64,000 bases of DNA from an uncultured Eubacteriales bacterium (GTDB taxonomy: Bacteria; Bacillota; Clostridia; Oscillospirales; Acutalibacteraceae), in contig CAKUFK010000008.1 in assembly GCA_934647945.1 (NCBI GenBank), forward strand, positions 3,815-67,814. The letters run 5' to 3'. The notes beneath the pieces are model-generated. The model saw nothing but the letters and a program-made list of their open reading frames with translations. It searched no databases and was not told the DNA's origin. The translations under genes were made by a program, and so were the position numbers. Below, in pieces: positions 35,111 through 44,259 of the stretch. Numbering within the stretch: the first letter of the stretch is position 1; every line of letters starts with the position of its first letter.

Positions 35111-35570
35111 ATGGGGCGATTCAACTAAAATACATATATATTTTTAGTGATATATACAAAACCGAGCAATTTCGTCATTTTTGGATTATATTGTCAGTGC
35201 TATTTCTCAATTAAACGAATAATTCGCGGAATGATAAACATTCCGGGGTTCGGAGACAGGTTATGGAGATGCTGTTTTCCACGTTGGGGATAGGCCGGCG
35301 GAAGGATGCCAGTCATCTGTGCATCCGCAAACAAAAACGGTAAGATGTTTGCAACCGGCTTTCGAGTTTCCTCTTAATGTGCGGATTAAGAGATCGATAA
35401 TCCTTGTGGGAAAACAGTCTGGTGGCGGATTCCATGTCGGCGGATGATGTTTCACCTCTATAACCTGTCTTTCCGATTTCCTTGATGAAAATCGTTTCAT
35501 CTAAAATGGAAGGCCGATAGTGCCTGCTCGGCAGGTATTCATTTTTTACGCTGCAAAAGGGGTGCCGAAC

Positions 35571-36209
35571 ATGAACACAAAGCCGCTGTACAATACCGAA
35601 TTGTCCAACCCTCCCGCCGCACTGATCCGATTGACAGATATCTGGGAAAACGACATGGTTCCTAACCAATCACCGGGGCGCAAACGCTCGCCGGGGCGCA
35701 ATGCCAAAGTGAGGCAATGCATCGATATACCATTGGCCATGGAACTGCGTGGGGCGAGCCAGTACGCAACCAAAGTGGTACGGGTATGCACCGTGCTGGA
35801 CAATATGACCAGCCGCGCTCAAAATCAAGAGCTCTTTCGTGAAATTGAACTGATCACATTGTTAGATGGCTATGATCTTCCGGAAGAACAGGAGCTTGTG
35901 CCTTTGTCGGTTCATCAATGGGACATCCCCCTATCCCATTCCGAGTGGGAGAACAAATATAAAGACATCCCCTATCGGATTTATATCCGGATCGGTGAGT
36001 ACATTGGATTGGATCTGGATACATTATGCAAAAGGCACCGCATTTCAGGCAAAAGACACTATGCATTGAATTTGCCACAGCCGTCGGCACCGAACTGGAA
36101 GAGCGCACTCGGCATCACAGCGTATGTCGAGGCGGAACTGACCAAGCAGCAGATTCAGCGTATTGCCGTCGACAAGCGCGTTCGGCTGATCCAAGGCGTG
36201 GAGCCCTGA
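35571..36209 (+). CDS. Hypothetical leaderless protein whose C-terminus is paralogous to the anti-sigma ectodomain module
   Basis: Part of ORF 35520..36209. Start at ATG 35571 (MNTKPLYNTE), after AAAGGGGTG. No signal peptide or TM. The C-terminus ITAYVEAELTKQQIQRIAVDKRVRLIQG aligns with STAYIDAYVTKAQLLALAEDSGVRYVHL, with 11 identities in 28 by eye. Confidence 0.5.
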   Translation: MNTKPLYNTELSNPPAALIRLTDIWENDMVPNQSPGRKRSPGRNAKVRQCIDIPLAMELRGASQYATKVVRVCTVLDNMTSRAQNQELFREIELITLLDGYDLPEEQELVPLSVHQWDIPLSHSEWENKYKDIPYRIYIRIGEYIGLDLDTLCKRHRISGKRHYALNLPQPSAPNWKSALGITAYVEAELTKQQIQRIAVDKRVRLIQGVEP

Positions 36210-36227
36210 CTACTACATATCCACTAG

Positions 36228-36271
36228 AAAACAGCTGGAAAGGCCCGAAGGGCTTCCCCAGCTGTTTTCTG
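36228..36271. terminator. Bidirectional terminator between the hypothetical gene and rnr
   Basis: AGAAAACAGCTGG...CCAGCTGTTTTCT, with an inner GGCCC-GAA-GGGC. Confidence 0.75.
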
Positions 36272-36277
36272 TTCCTT

Positions 36278-38455
36278 TCATTGCTCGGATACAGCCGGCA
36301 CAAAATTGATGAAACCGGCGGAAATATCACAGGATGCCACTTGGATGGTCATACTGTCTCCGATGGTATACCGTTTCTTCCCGGCCGGGTCGCACAGCGA
36401 CGCCATCGTGTCATAGGATAAAGGAACCCCGTCTATCTCGCTGAGCAGCTCCACACGGACGAGCCCCTCCACAGTGTTGGGCAATTCTACATAGACACCG
36501 AAATCGGTGACGGCGCTGATGGTTCCCGTGAACACCTTTCCCAAATACCCCGCCATATATTCGGCCTTATAGCAATCTTCACACTGCCGCTCCGCCGTCA
36601 TCGCCCGAATTTCGCAGGCAGTGGATTCATCCGCAGCCGCGGCGGAAAAGCTTTCATAGCGTTCAAACAAGGCGGCTCGGGGGGTGTGTGCCAGCACATC
36701 GGACAAAATCCGATGTATGGCCAGGTCGGGATAGCGCCGTATAGGCGAGGTAAAATGGCAATAGTCCTCCAACGCCAATCCATAATGCCCCAAGGGATTG
36801 TGACTGTACACCGCCTTTGCCATAGAGCGGAGCAGTCGGTCGGAAACCAGACGGGCATAAGGGGTTTCCCGGGCTTCTTCCATCAAGGAACGCCACTGTA
36901 TTTTCGAAATTTCCTCCGGCAGCGCAGTTTTCATTCCCAGTGACCGGGCCAGATCCGCCAGAATCTTCAATTTTTCCGGATCCGGCTGCGCATGCACGCG
37001 ATAGACAAACGGCAGCTTTTTTCTCCTGGCCAGCGCTGCGACTGCCACGTTGGCCGCAATCATAAACTGTTCAATCATGCCCTCCGCCTCCCCTGTCAGA
37101 CGGGGCTGAATGAGCAACGGGTGGCCTTCGCCGTCCAATGTAAACTGCGCTTCCGTACTGATCAAATCAACGGTTCCCCTTTGCTCACTCGCTTCACGCA
37201 TCCGTCCGGCTATCAGCCGCATCGCGTCGAGAGACGATTGGACGGGATGGTATTTTTCCTGTATCTCTTTCGTCGCAGTGTTCTGGAACAGATCGTTGAT
37301 TTCGCTGTATACCCCTCGTACTTTGGAACGGATGATGGCTTTGGTCAGGCGGACATCCCGGCACACGCCCTGTTCATCCAGTGTCAGCAACGCGGAAAGC
37401 GTCAGCTTGTCCTCCCCAGCACCGAGCGAGCACAGCCCATTGGAGAGCGCTTCCGGGAGCATAGGGATAACCCTGTCGGCAAAATACACCGAGGTCCCCC
37501 GTTTCATGGCCTCCCGATCCAGCGCAGATCCCGCCGTGACATAATGGGACACATCCGCGATATGCACACCCAGGAGCCAGCCGTCCCCCTTCCTTTCCAG
37601 GGACACCGCGTCGTCCAGATCTTTGGCATCCCGGCCGTCGATGGTGAAAATGCACCATTCCCGCAGGTCTTCCCGGTTTTCCCTTTCCCTGTCGGAAATT
37701 CCCCTCTCCCGCTGACTCTCCGCCTCGGCGAGCACCTCGGCCGGAAAGACATGGGGGATTCCCGCGCTGTCGATAATGGCATCCGCGCAGATCCGCGCGG
37801 AGTCGGCACTGCCGTATACCGTTTCCACGCGGGCTGTCAGCTCTCCCTTTGCGGTATAGGCGAGCGAAAACCGCACCTTATCCCCCGGCACGGCCCCGCC
37901 GAGGGCCGATTTTTTGACCGGGACGGGAAAACGGACGGCGGCGTCCGGCTGCACAGAGCAGCCCGTTTCATCCTGCCTCAGGCGGCCGCTGAACAGACGG
38001 CCGCCTGCCTCTTCGATCTGTACGACCACCCCCTGTGGCCCCCGTTCATCATAGGCCCCGAGCCGGATGAGGATACGGTCACCCGGCAAGGCATCCCCCA
38101 GGTTCCGTCCAGCGATGAAGCAGTCCTCCCCTTCGTCCAGGCGGGCAAAGCCAAAGCCGCGTGAAAGCGACAACAGCCGCCCGTGGACGCAGCCGGCTGT
38201 TTTTGGCAAACGGTACTTGCCTTTTTTGCTTTTTTCCAATTCTCCCGCATGTTCGAGGGCTGCAAGCGCGGCCCAAAGGGCGGGACGTTCGTCTTTACGC
38301 AGCCGCAGCTCTCCCGCCAGCATATCCCCCGTCATGCCCTTGGCCCGCCGGCTGAGCTTCCGCAGGATCCGGCCCTTCAGATCCCCATTGCGGTTCGTCT
38401 GCCGTTTGCCCACCGCCGCTTGATTGGTTTTCGATTTTGCCATATCATGCACCAT
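36278..38455 (-). CDS. rnr: Ribonuclease R
   Basis: 725 aa. N-terminal HTH/cold-shock-like region (GFGFARLDEGEDCFI), RNB catalytic domain (TIDGRDAKDLDDAVS) and C-terminal S1 domain (GTISAVTDFGVYVELPNTVEGLV). The start may instead be ATG 38443. Confidence 0.93.
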   Translation of the reverse strand: MVHDMAKSKTNQAAVGKRQTNRNGDLKGRILRKLSRRAKGMTGDMLAGELRLRKDERPALWAALAALEHAGELEKSKKGKYRLPKTAGCVHGRLLSLSRGFGFARLDEGEDCFIAGRNLGDALPGDRILIRLGAYDERGPQGVVVQIEEAGGRLFSGRLRQDETGCSVQPDAAVRFPVPVKKSALGGAVPGDKVRFSLAYTAKGELTARVETVYGSADSARICADAIIDSAGIPHVFPAEVLAEAESQRERGISDRERENREDLREWCIFTIDGRDAKDLDDAVSLERKGDGWLLGVHIADVSHYVTAGSALDREAMKRGTSVYFADRVIPMLPEALSNGLCSLGAGEDKLTLSALLTLDEQGVCRDVRLTKAIIRSKVRGVYSEINDLFQNTATKEIQEKYHPVQSSLDAMRLIAGRMREASEQRGTVDLISTEAQFTLDGEGHPLLIQPRLTGEAEGMIEQFMIAANVAVAALARRKKLPFVYRVHAQPDPEKLKILADLARSLGMKTALPEEISKIQWRSLMEEARETPYARLVSDRLLRSMAKAVYSHNPLGHYGLALEDYCHFTSPIRRYPDLAIHRILSDVLAHTPRAALFERYESFSAAAADESTACEIRAMTAERQCEDCYKAEYMAGYLGKVFTGTISAVTDFGVYVELPNTVEGLVRVELLSEIDGVPLSYDTMASLCDPAGKKRYTIGDSMTIQVASCDISAGFINFVPAVSEQ

Positions 38456-38485
38456 TCCTAACCCGGACAGCCTCGTCCTGTTTTC

Positions 38486-38514
38486 AAAAAAAGCCCCGCT
38501 CTTCCGAGCGGGGC
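38486..38514 (-). terminator. Intrinsic terminator after secG
   Basis: Minus-strand RNA GCCCCGCUC-GGAA-GAGCGGGGC followed by UUUUUUU. Confidence 0.7.
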
Positions 38515-38533
38515 GCTGATCTTCTATCGTCTT

Positions 38534-38779
38534 TTACAGAAATTTTGTCAGCAGCATCGCGACGAACACCAGCACAAAGAAGGAGAAGGCAATATACTTC
38601 GTCCACTTTGCCAGGGCCGCATCCAATGTCCTCGCCTTGCCCTTTTCCATAAACGAATCCGCCGCACCCGCAATAGCGCCCAGATTGGCCTGACGGCCCT
38701 CCTGCAGCAGCACAATCGCAATGATAACCAGCGAAAACACGATCAGCACCGCTCCGATGATATATTCCCAAACGCTCAT
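38534..38779 (-). CDS. secG: Preprotein translocase subunit SecG
   Basis: 81 aa with two TMs. LLQEGRQANLGAIAG is the SecG signature region. Confidence 0.88.
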   Translation of the reverse strand: MSVWEYIIGAVLIVFSLVIIAIVLLQEGRQANLGAIAGAADSFMEKGKARTLDAALAKWTKYIAFSFFVLVFVAMLLTKFL

Positions 38780-39094
38780 GGTCCTAGTCCTCCTCGGTTA
38801 TTGTGACACAAGAGTACCGATATATACTACCACAAATCCAATGGGAACGCAAGGGTTTTCTTCCCATTTCTGGCGTTTCCCGCATTTTTTAACGTGACAT
38901 CCAGCATTTTCCGGAAAAGCGGATGCACTTTCCGAATGAATATCCAACGAAATGGGCAAGCTATTTTCGGCACAGATACATGTCAATCTTGCGTTTGCCG
39001 TATCCGCTGCCGGAACCGCTATCGAACGGGATACACTCCGTCCGGCAGCGGTTTTCCTTTTGTCCGGCCGGAGCGTTCCATCGTCTTTTTTGCC

Positions 39095-40438
39095 CTACAG
39101 ACGTCCGACCTGTACGTAAATCCCATAGGTGGACTGGCCCTCTTCGCCGTAGTAGACCCACACGTCGTCATAGGCCGGCACCTCGATCCGCACCGCATAG
39201 CGGACCGAACCGAGACCGGTATTCGCCCCGGCATCCACGACCGCCCTCAGATCCGCCTCAGTGATCGCCTCGATGGATGCCGCGCTGCCGCAGATGCGGA
39301 TATTGCTGATCACCTGCTGCTGCACGGATATCGACAGATCGGCCGGCCGGTTCTGGAAAACCACGTCCCGTTCGGTCATCAGGGTCATGTCCAGTGTTTT
39401 GTCGACATATCCGCCGATGTCCAGCCTGACCATGACCTCGCTGATATTCTCCAGCACCGTTACGCCCGCGGGAATATTGAGAGGAATCACGCGGAGTGTA
39501 TCCCCCGGCGTCAGATGATCGAAGTCGATATCGCCGAGATTGGCCAGGGACTCCGCCGCGCTGTCGACCGACTCCTTCGGCCCCACCAGGGTGATGGAAG
39601 TGGCTGACAAGGCTACAAGGTTCGGATTGGAGGCAATCGCGGGCGGGACATGGAGAAGGTTATAGGTAAAATCGATCGTCCGGTGGATGTAGACCGGCAC
39701 CGTGACATTGACCGTCTCGGACTGGATCGGTTCTCCCGTCGAGGGGTTGAGCATCTGGCAGCCCTTGAGATCAACTTCATTCCCATCGGCGTCCAACGCC
39801 ACCAGCCTGGCAGCGTAAACCTGAACCGTACCGATGGGTTTATCCGCCTCTACCCTCGCGACAATGGACGTGATCCGGCTCACCGTGGCACGCGGCCCTT
39901 CCAGCTTGACCATACTGTTTTGGAAATAGGTCCTATCCAGCATGGGCTCCCCCAGCTGCTGGGTATCCGGGTCTTCTACCTGTACGGAGGATATATCCAT
40001 ACGCACCGGCAGATCCACGGTATCCCAGTAATCGCACTGTACTGTAACGGTGGAGGGGGTGTAGCCGGTGATTTCGAAATCGGCGTTCTTGTTGGTTTTG
40101 GACACCGAGATATTGAGCACCGCCGGACCTGCCGTCTGGATGAGGTAGGTTTCCGCCTTGACGGTGATATCCTCGCCTCCCAGGTAGTCGATGACCGACC
40201 GGGGCCCGCTGACCGTGATTTCCACCGCCAGATCGGGGGTCTCGATGACGCGGATATTGTTGTTCTCCGCATAGGTATCGGTCAGATCGATCGCGGCATC
40301 CTTCCGGATGGTTTTGGTCTTGACGTTGGCAGGGCCGTTAACCACCAAAGCCCAGACGACAATGGCGATCACCAGGGAAAGCCCCATCATGAGCTTATCG
40401 TTATGCAACAGGATATTCAAGGAGAGTTTCTTTTTCAT
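39095..40438 (-). CDS. cdaR: YbbR-domain protein CdaR (diadenylate cyclase regulator)
   Basis: Part of ORF 39095..40450. ATG 40438 overlaps the cdaA stop (ATGA). N-terminal TM followed by repeated YbbR-like beta-rich modules (VEITVSGPRSVIDYL, VTVQCDYWDTVDLPV). Confidence 0.85.
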   Translation of the reverse strand: MKKKLSLNILLHNDKLMMGLSLVIAIVVWALVVNGPANVKTKTIRKDAAIDLTDTYAENNNIRVIETPDLAVEITVSGPRSVIDYLGGEDITVKAETYLIQTAGPAVLNISVSKTNKNADFEITGYTPSTVTVQCDYWDTVDLPVRMDISSVQVEDPDTQQLGEPMLDRTYFQNSMVKLEGPRATVSRITSIVARVEADKPIGTVQVYAARLVALDADGNEVDLKGCQMLNPSTGEPIQSETVNVTVPVYIHRTIDFTYNLLHVPPAIASNPNLVALSATSITLVGPKESVDSAAESLANLGDIDFDHLTPGDTLRVIPLNIPAGVTVLENISEVMVRLDIGGYVDKTLDMTLMTERDVVFQNRPADLSISVQQQVISNIRICGSAASIEAITEADLRAVVDAGANTGLGSVRYAVRIEVPAYDDVWVYYGEEGQSTYGIYVQVGRL

Positions 40439-41337
40439 TTGGACTTCCACCTCCGGAACGGCCCAAACTTCCGGGGCTCTCCATCCTTGGCGCCGCGGGA
40501 CTTATCCCACAGGATGCCGTTTTCCAGCGCAACCCGCAGGGCTTCGGGGCTGTAATTGCGTTTGAGTTCACCCGAAACCGCCATCGACACCGTCCCGGTT
40601 TCTTCCGAGACGATCACCACGATAGCGTCTGAATTTTCACTCATCCCGAGCCCCGCGCGATGGCGGGTCCCCAGCTCCCGGCTGATCCGCATATTGTCGG
40701 AGAGCGGCAAGATGCAGCCCGCCGCGTGTACGCGGCCGTCCCGGATGATCATAGCGCCGTCGTGCAAAGGCGCTTTGTTGAAAAAGATGTTGCCGATCAG
40801 CTCCGGGGTCGGGTCGGCGTCCACAATGGTGCCGGTCTTGATGATCTCCCCGAGTTTGGTGGTGCGCTCAAACACCACCAGCGCCCCCATCTTTTGCTGC
40901 TGGAGGGTCGAAACGGCCCCGCAGACGGCTGAAATCGCCCGCTGCCAGCTCTGGACATACCGCTCGTTTTCCTCGTCGCTGCCCCCGAAAAGGTTGAGCT
41001 TGCCGATGCGGGAATGTCCGGCCTGTTCGAGCGCCCTCCGGATTTCGGGCTGGAAAATCACGACAAGCACGATCAGCGCATTGTCAAACACGATTTTCAG
41101 CAGATATTTCAGGGTGGTGAGCTGCAGCAGGTGTGCCATCCCATACGCGATCCCGAGCAGACACAAGCCCTTGAGCAGCTGTTCCGCCCGGGAATCGCGC
41201 ACCAGTTTGATCAGGCTGTATATAGCAAAGGCCACTAGAAGGATATCCAGTGTGTCGATCAAATAGTTATATGAGGAAAAAAACTTCACAATATGGTCCC
41301 AAACTTCGGCGAAAAAGGCACCCATGCGCCTCACCAC
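40435..41337 (-). CDS. cdaA: Diadenylate cyclase CdaA (DisA_N domain)
   Basis: 300 aa. Three N-terminal TMs, then the DAC domain with DGAMIIRDGRVHAAGCILPLS and RELGTRHRAGLGMSENSDAIVVIVSEETG (DGA and RHR motifs). The start is either GTG 41337 or ATG 41325. Confidence 0.92.
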   Translation of the reverse strand: MVRRMGAFFAEVWDHIVKFFSSYNYLIDTLDILLVAFAIYSLIKLVRDSRAEQLLKGLCLLGIAYGMAHLLQLTTLKYLLKIVFDNALIVLVVIFQPEIRRALEQAGHSRIGKLNLFGGSDEENERYVQSWQRAISAVCGAVSTLQQQKMGALVVFERTTKLGEIIKTGTIVDADPTPELIGNIFFNKAPLHDGAMIIRDGRVHAAGCILPLSDNMRISRELGTRHRAGLGMSENSDAIVVIVSEETGTVSMAVSGELKRNYSPEALRVALENGILWDKSRGAKDGEPRKFGPFRRWKSK

Positions 41338-41391
41338 GCTTTCCTGCGCCCACAGAGCGCTTGATCGCTTCTATTTTACCATATTGTGCGA

Positions 41392-42543
41392 TTATTGCAA
41401 TGGCTTTCTTGCGATTTCCCACAGATGATATGCGGTTTTCTCGATTTGGGCCTCGGTCGTGAACGCGGAGGGAGCCAGGCGGACCGTGCCGTCCGGGACA
41501 GTCCCCCACTGCCTGTGGGCGCTCGGGGCACAGTGCAGGCCCGGCCGCACGGCGATCCCCATGCGGTCCAGGCGGGCGCCGGTTTCTTCACTCGACAATC
41601 CGTCGATATTGAGTGACAAGACGGGGGCTGCCGCCTCCAGCCGGGGTCGCGGCGTATACAGGCGGAGCCCTGGGATGCTGCCGATCCGGTCGTACAGCAT
41701 CGCCATCAGGCGGATCTCGTGCCGTCCGATCCGGTCGACACCCATCTTCATCACCCATTCCATCCCTGCCCGCAGCCCGCAGATGCCGGGGGTGTTCACC
41801 GTACCGCTTTCCAGACGGTCGGGCAGTTCCTCCGGCTGATCGAGGAGCAGGGATTGGCTGCCGGTTCCACCTTCCATCAATGTGGGCAGCGGGGTGTCGG
41901 GCCCGCAGAGAAGCATACCGGTCCCCATTGGGCCGTAAAGGCCCTTGTGCCCCGGCACACACAGGTAATCGATGTGGTCGGCTTCCATATCGACAGGCAG
42001 GACGCCGGCGCTCTGCGCGGCGTCGACGATGAAGAGCAGCCCCAGCCGATGAGCCATCTCCCCGATCCGACGGATCGGCAGACGGCACCCAAAGACATTT
42101 GACGCGTGGATGCAGAGGAGCGCTTTTGTCTGCGGCGTGATGCAGCGGCGGAAATTCCGAACCGTTTCCTCCGGATTTTCCGGGACGACCGTAGCCACGG
42201 AATAGACCGGCGCACCTGCGGACAGGGCTTTCAGCGGCCTCATGACCGCATTATGCTCCAGGCTCGAAACCACGATATGGCCTCCCTCGCACAGCAGGCC
42301 CTTGAGCACCATATTGAGTGCCATGGTACAGTTCAGGGTAAATACCACATGCGCCGGATTCTCCAAATGAAAAAACCGGGCGGCCGTCTCCCGGCAGCGA
42401 TAAATCTCCTGGGAGGCGGCCATCCCCATGGCGTGCCCCCCTCGTCCGGGATTGGCCCCGTAAAGCTCCAGCGCCTGCCGGACCGCCTCCCGGACACATG
42501 ACGGTTTCGGCCAGGTCGTGGCCGCGTTATCGAGATAAATCAT
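41392..42543 (-). CDS. Class V aminotransferase-fold cysteine desulfurase family protein
   Basis: 383 aa. MIYLDNAATTWPKP...HASNVFG...PGHKGLYGPMGTG (PLP-lysine region), and a C-terminal LHCAP motif holding the likely catalytic Cys. Confidence 0.85.
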   Translation of the reverse strand: MIYLDNAATTWPKPSCVREAVRQALELYGANPGRGGHAMGMAASQEIYRCRETAARFFHLENPAHVVFTLNCTMALNMVLKGLLCEGGHIVVSSLEHNAVMRPLKALSAGAPVYSVATVVPENPEETVRNFRRCITPQTKALLCIHASNVFGCRLPIRRIGEMAHRLGLLFIVDAAQSAGVLPVDMEADHIDYLCVPGHKGLYGPMGTGMLLCGPDTPLPTLMEGGTGSQSLLLDQPEELPDRLESGTVNTPGICGLRAGMEWVMKMGVDRIGRHEIRLMAMLYDRIGSIPGLRLYTPRPRLEAAAPVLSLNIDGLSSEETGARLDRMGIAVRPGLHCAPSAHRQWGTVPDGTVRLAPSAFTTEAQIEKTAYHLWEIARKPLQ

Positions 42544-42764
42544 GTCATCCCGCCCTCTCGCCGTCCTCTGACGCGTATACCGGCGTTTTTGAGAAGCTGT
42601 TCCGCCTTGTCGCCGTCGCCGTTCGTGCGGAGGCTGTACCCGCAGCCGTTATTGCCCTGCGCGTCCACGGCGCGTTGTACATAAGCGGTAAAGCCGTTGC
42701 GCTCCAAAACCGATTTGCCCCGCATGGCGTTGGTGATGGAGCTGACGTGCAATATCCATTCCAT
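42540..42764 (-). CDS. DUF3343-like small protein (putative S/Se carrier partner of the desulfurase)
   Basis: Part of ORF 42540..42887, start at ATG 42764 (MEWILHVSSITNAMRGKSVLERNGF). 74 aa. Its stop overlaps the desulfurase ATG (ATGA). Confidence 0.65.
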   Translation of the reverse strand: MEWILHVSSITNAMRGKSVLERNGFTAYVQRAVDAQGNNGCGYSLRTNGDGDKAEQLLKNAGIRVRGRREGGMT

Positions 42765-43167
42765 TGTTAAATCCCTACCTTTCGAGAGGCACCCCCGCCG
42801 CGTTCCTGCCACAGGATTCCGCTCTTTCGGGCAGCAAACGTCCGGCGGAGGCCACCCCATGATGCCATCCCAGGCACTGCCACACACCTACTGCCAATAT
42901 ATGCGCCGGGCAGGCCGCAGGGAACAACAAAACGGGATATCGGGAACCGCTCCGCGGCCCGTTTCGAGCCCCCGGGCAACTTTGCACAGACAGGCAGCGG
43001 ACGGCCGCCCGGGTCTTCTTTTCCTTCCGATACGAGCCGGGGGACGAGCCCGCTTCCATGACAAAAACAAAAAGTCCCCGCCGAAGGCAGGGCTTTCTGA
43101 CTGTGAAAAAGTGGTGAGATTTTCAAAAAGACACGACAGTTATAAAGGATACCGTATCCTGCACATG

Positions 43168-43197
43168 AAAAGCCCCGTCCTACCGGACGGGGCTTTT
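43168..43197. terminator. Bidirectional terminator downstream of galM
   Basis: AAAAGCCCCGTCC-TACC-GGACGGGGCTTTT. Confidence 0.7.
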
Positions 43198-43209
43198 CGA
43201 TAACCAGGA

Positions 43210-44259
43210 TTATGCCTTCGAAAAAACATACTGAGTGACGCTTTCGAAGAGATCGCCGGCTTTCAGAAGCGTGGAAGGAAATTGAGGACGGTTCGGGCTG
43301 TCGGGAAAATGCTGGGTTTCCAGGCAGAAGCCCTGATGGCGGTAGAGGCCGGCGCCGCCCTTTCCCACGTTTGTCTTCAGCCCGTTGGCCGTATAGAACT
43401 GCACACCCGGCTGGTCGGTCAGACAGTCCATCCGGATGCCGGTTTTCGGAGCAAAGGCGGACAGCACCCGGCGGAAGCCCGACCCGTTCAAGACGTAATT
43501 GTGATCGTATCCGCCGCCCAAACGCAACTGAGGCAGCGGGTCTTCGATATCCTGTCCAATCGGCTTGCCTTCCCGGAAATCGAAGGGGGTTCCCTCCACC
43601 GCCAGGAACTCACCGGTGGGAATCAGCTTGCCGTCGACCGGGGTGATCGCATCGGCATCAATAGTGAGGACGTTGTCGAGAATATCCCCGCCATCATAAC
43701 CATTTAGGTTAAAATACGCGTGATTGGTCAGATTGAGGACGGTATCCTTATCCGAAACCGCCCGATAGGCGAGCTCCAGGGCATTCTCATCCCGGACAGT
43801 AAAGGTCACGGAGACCGTAAGGCGGCCCGGATAGCCCATATCCCCATCCGCGGAGACCAGGGAAAAGCGCACGCTCGGCTCCCCGTCATCGCTAAGGATC
43901 TCCGCATCCCATATATACTTATCGAAGCCCGTTTCGCCGCCGTGCAGGTGGCCCCGGCCGCTCTCGTTGCAGCCGACGTCGTATGTTGTGCCGCCGAGCG
44001 CAAACCTGCCGCCGGCGATGCGGTTGCCGTAGCGGCCGATGGTGGCACCCTGATAACCTCCGCAGCGCCGATAATCTTCCAGGCTGTCATAACCGAGCAC
44101 GACATCCCGGCTGTCGAAGCAAAAACTTTGCAGCGTGGCACCGTAAGTCAGAATACTGGCGGACAGGCCGTTTCGCCCTTCCAGGGTGATGCGTTCGACC
44201 GGACGTCCGTCCGGCAGGGCGCCAAAAGGCGCGCGGGTGATCGACATAGGTTTTTCCAT
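43210..44259 (-). CDS. galM: Aldose 1-epimerase (galactose mutarotase)
   Basis: 349 aa. GATIGRYGNRIAGGRFALGGTTYDV..N....HLHGG...FDKYIW and LTNHAYFNL are canonical GalM motifs. Confidence 0.9.
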   Translation of the reverse strand: MEKPMSITRAPFGALPDGRPVERITLEGRNGLSASILTYGATLQSFCFDSRDVVLGYDSLEDYRRCGGYQGATIGRYGNRIAGGRFALGGTTYDVGCNESGRGHLHGGETGFDKYIWDAEILSDDGEPSVRFSLVSADGDMGYPGRLTVSVTFTVRDENALELAYRAVSDKDTVLNLTNHAYFNLNGYDGGDILDNVLTIDADAITPVDGKLIPTGEFLAVEGTPFDFREGKPIGQDIEDPLPQLRLGGGYDHNYVLNGSGFRRVLSAFAPKTGIRMDCLTDQPGVQFYTANGLKTNVGKGGAGLYRHQGFCLETQHFPDSPNRPQFPSTLLKAGDLFESVTQYVFSKA

